DNA from: Candidatus Multivoradales bacterium
GTDB lineage: Bacteria > Acidobacteriota > Thermoanaerobaculia > Multivoradales > Multivoraceae
DNA length: 64,000 nt
Direction: 5' to 3'
Assembly: GCA_965223325.1 (NCBI GenBank)
Contig: CBDCWI010000002.1
Location: 632,881 to 696,880, forward strand
The notes under the pieces were generated by a model. That model saw only the letters and a program-made list of their open reading frames with translations, searched no databases and was not told the origin of the DNA. Shown piece by piece: positions 28,295 to 38,153 of this stretch. Position numbers and translations under genes: made by a program. The number at the start of each line of letters is the position of its first letter. Within the stretch, counting starts at the first letter, position 1.

Positions 28295-30167
28295 GTTCGC
28301 GGTCGAACAGAATCGCAGTGATAGGTCCCGAGGTGCGCGCACTGGTCTGGACCCGGTAGCCCATGCGGCGCAGCTCGGCGATGACCCAGGGCGACGTATC
28401 GGAGCGCACAGTCAAACGGCCCGGCTGGCGGCCGTGCTCCCCGAAGCTCGACATCATCTGGTAGCTCGTGATGTTGGCGGCCTCTGCTGCCTGCTGTACG
28501 TCCATGCCGAACTCGACCACGTTCAAGAAGAACTGCAACAGGTTCTGATCCTGCGTATCGCCACCCTGAACGGCAAACGAAAGGTACGGCTCGCCTTCCT
28601 TGAGCGCCATGCCGGGGGTCAACGTCGCCCGCGGTCTCTTGCCCGGTTCGACGACGTTGTAGGGGTTGATGCGCGGGTCGACGACGAAGCTCTGCATGCG
28701 CTGCGACAGGCCGATCCCCGTGTCACCGGCGATATAGGCCGGAATCCAACCACCCGAAGGGGTCACCGAGACCACCCACCCCTCCTTGTCGGCGGCCTGG
28801 ATCGACGTCGTGCCGGCGGTGAAGCCGCGGTCGAAGTCGTTTTGGTCGGCCAATGCCTCTGGAACACCCAGGTCGGAGACCTCGTACTCGGCACCGCGCT
28901 CGCCACCCGCAGCCGGTGGCCATTCTTCGAGTAGATCGAGGAACGGGTTTTCCCCTCTCTGAAAACCGTAGGGGTCTCCTGGCTTGACCCCAGGATCGTT
29001 CTTCTCCCAATCGATCGCCTCGGCGCGCGCCCGGGCGTAGTCTTTCGACAACAAACCCTCGAGCGGTTCGGCCGGCGGAAAGTAGGGATCGCCGTAGTAG
29101 AAGTCTCGGTCGGCGAAGGCGTGGTTCATGACCTGGTAGAGGGCGTGCATGTAGCGTGCGCTGTTGTAGCCCATCGCTTGGACGTCTAAGTCTTCGAGCA
29201 TGTTGAGCGCCTGCAACATGACCGGACCCTGCACCCAGCTGGTGAGCTTGTAGACGTCGATACCCTTGTACGACGTCTTGACCGGCTCTTCGACGTAGAC
29301 CTGCCACTGGTCCAGGTCTTCGCGGGTGAACAGACCGCCGGCGTCGCGCGTCGCCTCGACGATCGCCGCGGCAATGTCGCCGCGATAGAAGCGGTCGTAG
29401 GCCGCCTGGATCGCCTCTTCGCGGGTCCTGCCGGCAGCGAGTGCCTGGGCTTCCGCTTCAACCAGCTTGCGCAAGGTCTGGGCCAGCTCAGGCTGCCGAA
29501 AAACCTCGCCGGCCGCCGGTGCGGCCCGCTTCGAGGCATCGTCTGGGTCGTAGTGCGGCAGAAAGACCCGGGTTGACGACTCCCAGCGCAAGAGAATGTC
29601 GCGTCGTCGCTCCATATTGTCGGCCTGCGACTGCTCGATTGCGTAGCCGTCGGCGAGCGCGATCGACGGCGCCAGCACCTCGGCCAGCGACATGGTGCCG
29701 TAGTCGGCGAGCATCTTCATCAGGCCGCCGGGTGTTCCCGGAGTGACCGCGGCCAGAGGACCGTACTCGGGCGGATAGGGCATTTTCTTCTCGGCGAAGA
29801 AACCGGCCGTCGCGCCGGTGGGTGCAACACCCAGCGCGTTGATGCCCACCACCCTGCCGGTGTTCGGGTTGTAGATGAGCGCCTGGGTTTCCCCGCCCCA
29901 TCCCAGGGTGTCCCACATCGTGCAGGTGGCCGCGAGCATTGCGGCCGTCGCATCGACGGCGTTGCCGCCCTGCTGAAAGATCTGGGCGCCGGCCGTGGCC
30001 GCCAGGGGCTTGCCAGTAATCGCCACCCATTCCTTGCCGTAGAGGGCCGGCTTCTGGGTGCGCTGGGCAACAGCGGGCAGGGCCACCAGCACCAGAAAGG
30101 TGAGCCCGGCCAGCGCAGCGGCCGCCGCCCGGCGGTGGTGACCATACGCCACGGCGATCTTCCGCAT
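28236..30167 (-). CDS. ggt: Gamma-glutamyltranspeptidase
   Basis: ATG at 30167 (verified). The product has a signal peptide and the catalytic Thr motif TAGTTSIQAADKEGWVVS, with GGT family conservation throughout. Confidence 0.85.
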   Translation of the reverse strand: MRKIAVAYGHHRRAAAAALAGLTFLVLVALPAVAQRTQKPALYGKEWVAITGKPLAATAGAQIFQQGGNAVDATAAMLAATCTMWDTLGWGGETQALIYNPNTGRVVGINALGVAPTGATAGFFAEKKMPYPPEYGPLAAVTPGTPGGLMKMLADYGTMSLAEVLAPSIALADGYAIEQSQADNMERRRDILLRWESSTRVFLPHYDPDDASKRAAPAAGEVFRQPELAQTLRKLVEAEAQALAAGRTREEAIQAAYDRFYRGDIAAAIVEATRDAGGLFTREDLDQWQVYVEEPVKTSYKGIDVYKLTSWVQGPVMLQALNMLEDLDVQAMGYNSARYMHALYQVMNHAFADRDFYYGDPYFPPAEPLEGLLSKDYARARAEAIDWEKNDPGVKPGDPYGFQRGENPFLDLLEEWPPAAGGERGAEYEVSDLGVPEALADQNDFDRGFTAGTTSIQAADKEGWVVSVTPSGGWIPAYIAGDTGIGLSQRMQSFVVDPRINPYNVVEPGKRPRATLTPGMALKEGEPYLSFAVQGGDTQDQNLLQFFLNVVEFGMDVQQAAEAANITSYQMMSSFGEHGRQPGRLTVRSDTSPWVIAELRRMGYRVQTSARTSGPITAILFDREHGTFRGGASNFGEDYGIAW

Positions 30168-30497
30168 ACCGGTGACTCGGGGCCGATTCTTCGTGCGCTC
30201 ACACTGCATCCTGGTCTCCTCTACGGACAAACCCCTCTTTCGAGTCACCGTTGAACGGGCTCTGGGGAACGTCTCCATCATAGAGGAGGCCGCGCGGGTC
30301 TCCGGCCTCTCGGCTCTGCCCCGCGAAGATGCCCCTCGAGGAGACCGAGCACTAGAATCGCCGAAGCAAGAATGAAACACAGCCACCCCGCGTAGAGCAA
30401 CCAGGATCGTAAGAACGGCCGCCCCAGCTTCGCCGGAGTCTCTCTCGGTCCCTTCTCGAAACCTCGCGTTTCTCTACCCTGGCCACGAAGGGAATCT

Positions 30498-31058
30498 ATG
30501 GACGGCTTCAGTCTCCTTACTCTCTACCTCGGATGCGCCGCGCTAGGCGGTGGCGTCATGCTGCTCCAGACCGTGCTGACGCTGTTCGGCGGTGGAGTCG
30601 ACGCCGACGGTGACTTCGACGCCGATGTCGACTCGGTCGATGCCGACCATGGCACCGGTTTCAGCCTGCTTTCGGTGCGTTCGGTAGCCGGCTTTCTGCT
30701 GTTTTTCGGCCTGGTTGGCTGGGGCGGACACTCTGACGGCTGGGGGACGTTCCCTACCCTCCTGGCAGCAACCGCTGCCGGCGCCAGCGTCATGCTGTTG
30801 GTGGCCTGGGCGCTGGCGTTCTTCCGGCGCCTGACCGAATCTGGAACTCTCGATCTCGAGGACACCGTCGGTGCCACCGCCCGGGTCTACCTGCGGGTTC
30901 CTGGCAAGCATGCCGGGCGCGGCAAAGTCACCGTGGCGGTCGACGGCCAGAGCGTCGAGCTGCAGGCGGTAACCGCCGGCCCGGAGCTCGCCACCGGCAG
31001 TGCCTGCCGGGTCGTACGGCTGGTCGAAGGCGACACCGTCGAGGTCGAGCCCGCTTGA
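30498..31058 (+). CDS. NfeD-family membrane protein (flotillin partner)
   Basis: N-terminal TM helices and a C-terminal OB-like beta domain. The gene sits directly upstream of the flotillin gene, which is the classic NfeD-SPFH pairing. Confidence 0.65.
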   Translation: MDGFSLLTLYLGCAALGGGVMLLQTVLTLFGGGVDADGDFDADVDSVDADHGTGFSLLSVRSVAGFLLFFGLVGWGGHSDGWGTFPTLLAATAAGASVMLLVAWALAFFRRLTESGTLDLEDTVGATARVYLRVPGKHAGRGKVTVAVDGQSVELQAVTAGPELATGSACRVVRLVEGDTVEVEPA

Positions 31059-31168
31059 GTAGAACAGCCAAAGGCACGGCACTCCGTTCGTCGATCCAGG
31101 TTCGCGCCTCGAGGCGGTTCACGTTCCACGGTGCTCGACGATGAGCACATCCTCCAAGGAGATCTGAC

Positions 31169-32833
31169 ATGGGCACACTGGCCTGGCCACTCACAATCCT
31201 CGCGCTGGTCCTCGTTGCCGGCAGCCTTCTCCTCGCCCTGGCGAAGCGCTACAAGCGGTGCCCCTCGAACCGCGTGCTGGTGATCTACGGCCGCACCGGT
31301 TCGGGGCGCGCCGCCCGCGCCTTGCATGGCGGCGGTGCCTTCGTCTGGCCCCTGATCCAGAACTACGACTACCTGTCACTCGACCCGATCAAAATCGACA
31401 TTCCGCTCCAGGGAGCGTTGTCGCTCGAGAACATCCGGGTCGCCGTGCCCAGTGTGTTCACCGTCGCCATCGGCACCGACAACCAAACGATGAACAACGC
31501 CGCGGTGCGTTTGCTGGGCCTCAAGACCGGTGAAATCATGAAGCAGGCCGAAGACATCATCTTCGGTCAGCTCCGCCAGGTGATCGCCTCGATGCGCATT
31601 CAGGAGATCAACCGCGACCGCGACGTTTTTCTCGAGAAGGTCCAGACCTCGCTCGAGCCCGAGCTCAAGAAGATCGGCCTGATTCTGATCAACGTCAACA
31701 TCAAGGACATCACCGACGACTCGGGCTACATCGAAGCCATCGGCCGTAAGGCAGCATCCGAGGCCATTCAGCAGGCGCTCGTCGACGTGGCGCAGCAGGA
31801 GAAGCTCGGAGCCGTCGGAGTTGCCGAAGCCGAACGCGAGCAAGACATTCTGGTCGCCAACGCCGGCCGCGAGCGCGAGATTGGCACGACCACGGCCGAG
31901 CGCGACCGGGCAGTCAAGGTCGCCGACCTGAGCAAAGAGCAGCTCATCGGAGAGAAGCAGGCCGAGTTCGAAGCTGAGGCAGCGGTGCGCGAAGCCGACC
32001 GGCAAAAGCGCATTGCCGTCGCCGCTGCCGACGCCGCCGCAGTCCAGGGCGAGAACGAGTCGCGCGCCGTGATCGCCGCTTCGAACGCCGAGCTCAAGGT
32101 GCGCGAGGCGAACGCCTACCAGGAAGGTGAAAGTCGGCACCGCCAGGCGCAGGCCGCGGTCCTCGAAGCGCAGTACGTTGCCGAGGCCCAGGCGGCGATC
32201 GCCGAGGCCCACAAAGTCGAAGCCGAGAAGCGGGCCGAGCTCGAAGCGCTGTCGAAGGCGCAGAAGGCCCAGACCATCGTTCAGGCCGAAGCCGCTGCGG
32301 CCAAGAAGCGCATCGAAGCCGAAGGCGAAGCGGCCGCGATCTTCGCGCGCCTCGACGCGGAGGCGAAGGGAAACTACGAGATCCTCGCTCGCAAGGGTCA
32401 GGGCATGCGCGAGATCATCGAGGCCTGCGGCGGCGCACAAGAGGCATTCCAGATGCTGATGCTCGAACACCTCGACCAGCTGTCCGAAACCGCCGCCAGC
32501 GCGATCTCGAACATCAAGTTCGACAAGGTGGTGGTCTGGGACGGTGGGGCGGCCAACGGAGGTCCCGGTGGCACGGCCGGCTTCCTGAGGAGCCTGGCGG
32601 GTTCCCTACCCCCGCTCACCGAGATCATGAAAGACATCGGTGGTGTCGACATGCCGGACTTCTTCGCCCAGATGGCCAGCGATGCCTCGAACGGAGGCGC
32701 CGAGGGCGAGAACGCGGAGAGCGAGGACGGAAAAGACGTCGTGGCCGCAGCGATCGCGGCACAGGCGACCGAGAAGAAGATGCTCGCCGAGGCCGATCAG
32801 GCGGCCGAAGGAAGCGACACGCCCGAAGCCTAG
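31169..32833 (+). CDS. Flotillin (SPFH/band-7 family, FloA/YuaG-like)
   Basis: An N-terminal TM, an SPFH domain, then a long Ala/Glu-rich coiled-coil (AEAEREQDILVANAGRERE...). Confidence 0.85.
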   Translation: MGTLAWPLTILALVLVAGSLLLALAKRYKRCPSNRVLVIYGRTGSGRAARALHGGGAFVWPLIQNYDYLSLDPIKIDIPLQGALSLENIRVAVPSVFTVAIGTDNQTMNNAAVRLLGLKTGEIMKQAEDIIFGQLRQVIASMRIQEINRDRDVFLEKVQTSLEPELKKIGLILINVNIKDITDDSGYIEAIGRKAASEAIQQALVDVAQQEKLGAVGVAEAEREQDILVANAGREREIGTTTAERDRAVKVADLSKEQLIGEKQAEFEAEAAVREADRQKRIAVAAADAAAVQGENESRAVIAASNAELKVREANAYQEGESRHRQAQAAVLEAQYVAEAQAAIAEAHKVEAEKRAELEALSKAQKAQTIVQAEAAAAKKRIEAEGEAAAIFARLDAEAKGNYEILARKGQGMREIIEACGGAQEAFQMLMLEHLDQLSETAASAISNIKFDKVVVWDGGAANGGPGGTAGFLRSLAGSLPPLTEIMKDIGGVDMPDFFAQMASDASNGGAEGENAESEDGKDVVAAAIAAQATEKKMLAEADQAAEGSDTPEA

Positions 32834-32900
32834 TGCTCCAGGCGCGATCCCTCTCACCAAGACGAGCAGCGGCTTCGAACGGTCTCGGGTGCGGTGTGCC

Positions 32901-35144
32901 TCAATATCTCGCAGCGAGGATGCGTCTAGCCCTCTCGACCATCTGCTCGAACTCGAGGACCCGTTCTGCGGCCTCTGGCCGGAAAGCCCCCTCGAGAGCC
33001 GCGAGGCCCTTTTGGGCTTGCACCAGCACCTTCGCTTGCTCGCCCCCGTCTTGCCCATCGCGAAGGGAGTCGGCGACCAGAGCGACGGTCCCGGCAAGCC
33101 GCAGATCGGCGTTGGCGCTCTCCCAGTCCTCTGTCAGCTCGCGGCGAGTGACTTCCTTTTCGATCTCTTCGAACGAACCGGTCTTCTTCGACCTGTAGCG
33201 CAATCGTACGTCGGCCAGTTTCGGAATGTCCGCGCTGCCACGCAACAGCTCGACTTCGTAGAGCACGGTGACCTGGTGACCGGCGGCGACTTCGCCAGCG
33301 TCGGTCTGGGGGTCCCTGAAGGCCTCGGGGGGTAGTTCACGGTTCTCGTAGCCGAGCTGGCGGTAGCGCAGGACCGCATCGGCATTCCACTCCACCTGCA
33401 CCCGGGCATCCGAGGCGATGGTGGGCCGTAGCCCGGTGAGTTTCTCGCCGAACACGCGCGTGGCCTCGCGCAGGTCGTCAACGTAGGCATACGATCCGTC
33501 ACCGCGATCGGCGAGTTGCTCGAGGAGAGCGTCGTTGTAGTTGCCCATTCCAAAGCCCACCGCCACCATCTCGATTCCGGCCGATGCGGCGTCGGCAACG
33601 GTTTCGAGAATGCTGCGGGCGTTGGTCGCACCGACGTTGGCGACCCCGTCGCTGCAGAGAATCACCCGACTGGTGACCCCTCGAGAAGCGTTGCGCGCTG
33701 CCATGGCGTAGGCGAGCCGCATGCCGTCTTCGAGGTTGGTCGACTGTTCGGGGTGTAGCCGCGCGAGTGCGACCCGCGTCGCCGCACGGTCTGAGGTCGG
33801 CTCGAGGACTTCGCGCGCCGTCGAGCTGTAGGTCACCAGGCCCACCTTGTCGTCGTCATGCAGTTCGTCGAGCAGCACGTCGAGTGATCGCTTGACCAGC
33901 TCGAGACGGTTCTCGCGCGCCATCGAGCCCGAGGTGTCGACCAGGAAGGTCAGTGTGACGGGCGGGCGACGCTCTGGTTTGACGTCGCGCGCTCGCACAC
34001 CGATGCGCACCAGGTGGCGCTGCCGCGCTGCGGTGGTGGCCTCACGGCCGGAAAGCATTCCGGCAGGGATTGGCGCGCCCGCAACCGTCAAGCGAAAGTC
34101 GCCGCGACGCGGTGGCCTCTCCTGGGTTTCGAAGTAGTTGACCCACTCTTCGATCCGAATCGACTGTGGGGGCGGCAACATGCCTTCTTCGAGCAGGTAA
34201 CGACGCGCCAGGGTGAACGACCCGGTGTCGACGTCGAGGCTGAAGGTCGAGAGCGGCTGGTTCGTCGGATCAACGAACCGGTGCGCCGCGCGTCGGTCGA
34301 AGAACATCGCGTCAGGCGCAGGACGGCGCCTTGGGAGATCAACCGGTGGAGCCATGACGATGCCCGGTGTCGCGCTGCTGGCGATGCGAAACGTATCAAC
34401 CATCGGCGCATCGCTGGTCACGGTGATGTTCTCGGAAACGCCGTCGCTCGAACCGACGATTCCCTGGGTCGCCTGCTCTTTTTGACGCAGGGATCTTTCG
34501 CCCCGAGGCGCCGGCAGGTCGACCCTCGGTTCCGCACCGGACAGTGGCCGCGCTCGCGCTTCGGAGTTGACGTGCTCGAGCTCGAGCTGGATTCTCTCCA
34601 TGTCCGCCTCGCGCTTCGGGTTGACTTCTTGAAACCAGGGGTCCGCGCTCGCCTGCTCATAGCGTAGAGGCTCGAGACCCGCGTCGTCTTCGGCACTCGA
34701 GACAGCCCCCACTGCGGAGGCGGCGACCTTCTGGCCGGTCACGACTTCGCCAGTAGGTGCAGTCACCTCTCCTACTTCGGCAGCCGAAGACGGCGGCATG
34801 CTGGCAGGCTGCGCGAGGACATCGGCCGCCCTCGAGCGAGCATCATCAGCATCGGCTTGCAGGACCTCCGATGGCGGTGCCTTGACGACCTGCTGGACCA
34901 GCAGAACGGGAAGAGCGGCGAGCACGAGCGCCGCCGCCAGCGCCCACGGGCGCCAGTGCAAGCTCTGCGGCACCGGCGCTTCCTCACTCGCAGGCGCCTT
35001 CTGGTTGGCATCTACGCCCGCCAGGGCCCTTAACTCCTCCGAAGAGGGCACATCGGCGAGCAGACGTGGCAGCAGATCAGGCGGAATCTCGACCTGCTCG
35101 GGGTGCTCGAGGGAATCGAGCCAGTCGTTGTTGTTGCCTACCAT
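32901..35144 (-). CDS. Anti-sigma factor-like membrane protein with an extracytoplasmic VWA (YfbK/DUF3520-like) domain
   Basis: ATG at 35144 lies 3 nt after the ECF sigma stop and has a GGAGAT RBS. The product has a short cytoplasmic N-terminus, one TM (WALAAALVLAALPVLLV), and a C-terminal VWA domain with a MIDAS-like motif (DTSGSM...). Confidence 0.7.
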   Translation of the reverse strand: MVGNNNDWLDSLEHPEQVEIPPDLLPRLLADVPSSEELRALAGVDANQKAPASEEAPVPQSLHWRPWALAAALVLAALPVLLVQQVVKAPPSEVLQADADDARSRAADVLAQPASMPPSSAAEVGEVTAPTGEVVTGQKVAASAVGAVSSAEDDAGLEPLRYEQASADPWFQEVNPKREADMERIQLELEHVNSEARARPLSGAEPRVDLPAPRGERSLRQKEQATQGIVGSSDGVSENITVTSDAPMVDTFRIASSATPGIVMAPPVDLPRRRPAPDAMFFDRRAAHRFVDPTNQPLSTFSLDVDTGSFTLARRYLLEEGMLPPPQSIRIEEWVNYFETQERPPRRGDFRLTVAGAPIPAGMLSGREATTAARQRHLVRIGVRARDVKPERRPPVTLTFLVDTSGSMARENRLELVKRSLDVLLDELHDDDKVGLVTYSSTAREVLEPTSDRAATRVALARLHPEQSTNLEDGMRLAYAMAARNASRGVTSRVILCSDGVANVGATNARSILETVADAASAGIEMVAVGFGMGNYNDALLEQLADRGDGSYAYVDDLREATRVFGEKLTGLRPTIASDARVQVEWNADAVLRYRQLGYENRELPPEAFRDPQTDAGEVAAGHQVTVLYEVELLRGSADIPKLADVRLRYRSKKTGSFEEIEKEVTRRELTEDWESANADLRLAGTVALVADSLRDGQDGGEQAKVLVQAQKGLAALEGAFRPEAAERVLEFEQMVERARRILAARY

Positions 35145-35146
35145 TT

Positions 35147-35737
35147 CTATCTCCTCTCGCCGAGCTGGCGACGCAGAATGCGCCGGGCCCTGGCCAGGCG
35201 CTTGCGAATCGCGGAGCGCGTGACCCGTTCGGTTCGCGCAATCTCGTGGGCACTGATGTCTCCCCAGTACCGCGCCGCAACCACCAGGCGGAGCTCGTCG
35301 GGGAGGGCGATCACCGAGCGACGTAGGAGCTCGCGCTCCTCGGCCCGGGTCAGTTCTTCTTCGGCGCCGACCGCTGGGTCGGCAACCTCTATCTCGTCTT
35401 CGAGTGGCGCCAAGAGGGCCGGCCGCCGGCACCGGTTGAGGAAGGTGTTGTAGGCGATGCGAAAGAGCCAGGTCGTGAAGCGCGACTGACATTCGAAGCT
35501 GTCGAGTGCACCCCAGGCCCGCCGGTAGGCGTCCTGCGTCAAGTCGGCGGCCAGCTCACGGTCGCCGCACATCCGTGTGACGGAGGTAAAGACCTTCGCG
35601 TAGGTGCGCCGCACGAGTTCCTCGGCTGCCTCACGATCGCCCGCCTGACAGGCGCGCACCAGCTCCTCTTCATTCCTCTTCCGAGGGCGATGGACGGCGG
35701 GCTTCAACCGTTCGGGCCTTTCGGCTTGCAGAATCAT
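35147..35737 (-). CDS. ECF-subfamily RNA polymerase sigma-70 factor
   Basis: ATG at 35737 (verified). The product shows sigma70 region 2 (DLTQDAYRRAWGALDSF) and region 4 (ISAHEIARTERVTRSAIRKRLARARR) signatures. Confidence 0.85.
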   Translation of the reverse strand: MILQAERPERLKPAVHRPRKRNEEELVRACQAGDREAAEELVRRTYAKVFTSVTRMCGDRELAADLTQDAYRRAWGALDSFECQSRFTTWLFRIAYNTFLNRCRRPALLAPLEDEIEVADPAVGAEEELTRAEERELLRRSVIALPDELRLVVAARYWGDISAHEIARTERVTRSAIRKRLARARRILRRQLGERR

Positions 35738-35899
35738 GTCGCTTCCCCTTCCTGCCCCTTTAGACACACGAAGCCAGCAAACGGGAACGGCTCGGCTGCT
35801 TTTCTTGACATTCTGATCCATGGCCCTGGTGAGCGAGCCGTGGGCTCCGGATCGCTATGATCGAGTCACGCCCTTCTTCACCGGGCGGAGGAGAAGACC

Positions 35900-36493
35900 A
35901 TGAGACGTTCACGAGTAGGCCAGCTGGTGTCGCTCTGGTGTAGCACTGCCTTCACGGTGGGCCTTGGCCTCATCACCCTCCTCCTTGTTGCGACCGGAGA
36001 GCCAGCAGGCGCGCAGCAGAGCACCGAGACCGGCACCGGACCGGCGCCGATCGAAGAGTCAGTGGCGGAGCTCGTCGAGCTGGTGCGCTCGTTGGTCGAG
36101 GCGCAGCACGACGAGCTTCTCCTGCGCCGACTCGAGCTCAAGCAGCGCCAGATCGAGCCCATGGAGGCTTCGCTGCGCTCCCAGCGCCAGAACTACCGCC
36201 GCCAGGAATCGCAGCTCGAGATGATGGAACAGCAATTCGAGACCCAGCGCCAGCAACTGCGCGACCTGCGCGATTTCGGCAGCACCGAGCTCGATGCCGG
36301 CGATCTCGAAAGGCGCATCGAACAACTCGAGGCTGAGATCCGCCAGCAGACGGAGTATCGCGCGATGGCGGAAGGCCAGCTCCAGCAACTGGCCGCCCAG
36401 ATGGCCGAGTTGGAGGCCGATATGGCGCAGCCACTGGCCGAGTTCAGGACCCTCGAGGCGGAGGTCGACGACCGCCTGTTCGGGCAACGCTGA
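35900..36493 (+). CDS. Secreted coiled-coil protein (hypothetical)
   Basis: A signal peptide followed by heptad-rich Q/E/R/L sequence. Confidence 0.5.
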   Translation: MRRSRVGQLVSLWCSTAFTVGLGLITLLLVATGEPAGAQQSTETGTGPAPIEESVAELVELVRSLVEAQHDELLLRRLELKQRQIEPMEASLRSQRQNYRRQESQLEMMEQQFETQRQQLRDLRDFGSTELDAGDLERRIEQLEAEIRQQTEYRAMAEGQLQQLAAQMAELEADMAQPLAEFRTLEAEVDDRLFGQR

Positions 36494-36539
36494 CCGAACC
36501 AGAGGAGCCGTCCTCCTCCACGATCCCGCCTGACAATCC

Positions 36540-36556
36540 GGGGTTTCCGAAGCCCC
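36540..36556 (+). terminator. GC-rich hairpin (GGGGTTT-CCG-AAGCCCC) about 45 nt after the coiled-coil gene stop; no U-tract
   Basis: A 7-bp stem with a 3-nt loop, read directly from the sequence. Confidence 0.3.
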
Positions 36557-36661
36557 CCTAGGCGTCGACCACAGTCTGCGGTACACTGTTCTCTGTCGGA
36601 AACCAGTTTTGACTCGGCCGGACTGACCGGTCGACCAGTTACATCACCAGGAAGGATCAGC

Positions 36662-38086
36662 ATGCGCACCTCGAGATCCCTTTTCGCGACTCTGGCGGTC
36701 CTCGTTCTTGCCGCCCCGCTCGCCGCCGCTCCGCCAAACAACGCGGACAAGACCGGCGAAGTTCCAACCTTCTACGGCGACGTTCTCCCGGTTCTGCAGG
36801 AAAACTGCCAGGTTTGCCACCGCGCGGGCGGTGCCAACCTCGGCGGCATGGTCGCCCCCATGTCGTTCATCAGCTACGAAGACACGCGGCCGTGGGCCAA
36901 GTCGATCGCCAAGCAGGTCGAAGCCCGCACCATGCCGCCCTGGCACGCTTCGACGCATCAGGCCGGGGTGTTTGCCAACGAGCGTGTGCTCGAAGAAGAG
37001 GAGATCGCGACCATCGTCGCCTGGGCACGCGCCGGCGCACCAGCGGGTGACGTGAGCCTCGCGCCCGACGCCGTCGACTGGCCGGTCTACGAAGGTGGCT
37101 ATGCCATCGGCAACCCCGACCTCGAGATCTACATGGGGCCGAAGTACTTCGTCGAAGACGACGTCGAAGACCAATACATCACGTTCGTGACGCCGATCAC
37201 CGAAGAGATGCTGGCCGAGCCACGCTGGGTGAAGGCGGTCGAGTTCCTGCCTGGCAGCTCGGTCGTGCATCACATCGTCGCGCCACCGCTCGGCGGCATC
37301 GCCCCCGGCAACCAGCCCAGCATCTACCCGGAAGGCTACGGCACCCTGCTCAAGCCCGGTGACACCGTTCGTTGGTCGATGCACTACCACAAGGAAGCCG
37401 GCGAAGGCACCGGCGTATGGGATCGTTCCAAGGTCGGGATTCGCTTCTATCCCAAGGGTTACACCCCGGACCGTCCGATCGTTGTCGACCCCATGGCACG
37501 CATGGACTTCGTGATTCCGCCGGGTGAGCCATCGGTGTCGTACAACACGAAGGTCAAGTTCGAACGGGACTCCTACTTGATGTCGATCCTGCCGCACATG
37601 CACCTGCGCGGGAAGTCAGCGGAGTACATTGCGCACTACCCCGACGGCAGCAAAGAAACGCTGCTCGAGGTGCCGCGCTACGACTTCAACTGGCAGACGT
37701 CGTACGAGTACCCGGCCGACAACCTGAAGAAGCTGCCGGCGGGCACCGAGGTCGAGTTCATCGCCACCTGGGACAACTCAGCCGACAACCCCTACAACCC
37801 GGATCCGACGGAGGAGGTTCACTTCGGCGAGCCCACCACCGCCGAGATGATGTTTGGTTTCCTCACCTACGCCGATGCCGAGGCTGGCTACATGCCGCAG
37901 GGCAATGGTTGGTTGACCAACCGGGAGAACCGTCCGAAGATGACCGGCGAGCGCATGCGCAAGATCCTCAAGGAGCGCATGGGTCTCGACTACGACACGC
38001 TTCCCGAAGACAAGAAGAAGGAAGTGCTCGAGCGCTTCGGCATGACCGCCGAAGAAGCGGCCATCGGAACGAGCGCCGGCGACTGA
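36662..38086 (+). CDS. Secreted cytochrome c (PSCyt1-like, CQVCH) fused to a copper type-II monooxygenase (PHM/DBH-like) domain
   Basis: Signal peptide, a CQVCHR heme-binding motif with a downstream MPPW. Then comes His/Met ligand spacing resembling the PHM CuH and CuM sites (VVHHIV, MHYHKE, HMHLRG, AEMMFGF). Confidence 0.55.
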   Translation: MRTSRSLFATLAVLVLAAPLAAAPPNNADKTGEVPTFYGDVLPVLQENCQVCHRAGGANLGGMVAPMSFISYEDTRPWAKSIAKQVEARTMPPWHASTHQAGVFANERVLEEEEIATIVAWARAGAPAGDVSLAPDAVDWPVYEGGYAIGNPDLEIYMGPKYFVEDDVEDQYITFVTPITEEMLAEPRWVKAVEFLPGSSVVHHIVAPPLGGIAPGNQPSIYPEGYGTLLKPGDTVRWSMHYHKEAGEGTGVWDRSKVGIRFYPKGYTPDRPIVVDPMARMDFVIPPGEPSVSYNTKVKFERDSYLMSILPHMHLRGKSAEYIAHYPDGSKETLLEVPRYDFNWQTSYEYPADNLKKLPAGTEVEFIATWDNSADNPYNPDPTEEVHFGEPTTAEMMFGFLTYADAEAGYMPQGNGWLTNRENRPKMTGERMRKILKERMGLDYDTLPEDKKKEVLERFGMTAEEAAIGTSAGD

Positions 38087-38153
38087 GTCACTGGCAGCAG
38101 GCGCTTGCGTGCTCGTAAGCGCTTTTCGAAGCGGCGAGGGATACGCTCGGGGT

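Noticed and set aside
31376-32470. 364-aa minus-strand ORF opposite the flotillin gene
   Set aside because: It is the antisense of the Ala/Glu-rich flotillin coiled-coil, and Leu/Arg/Gly repeats are expected as a mirror artefact.
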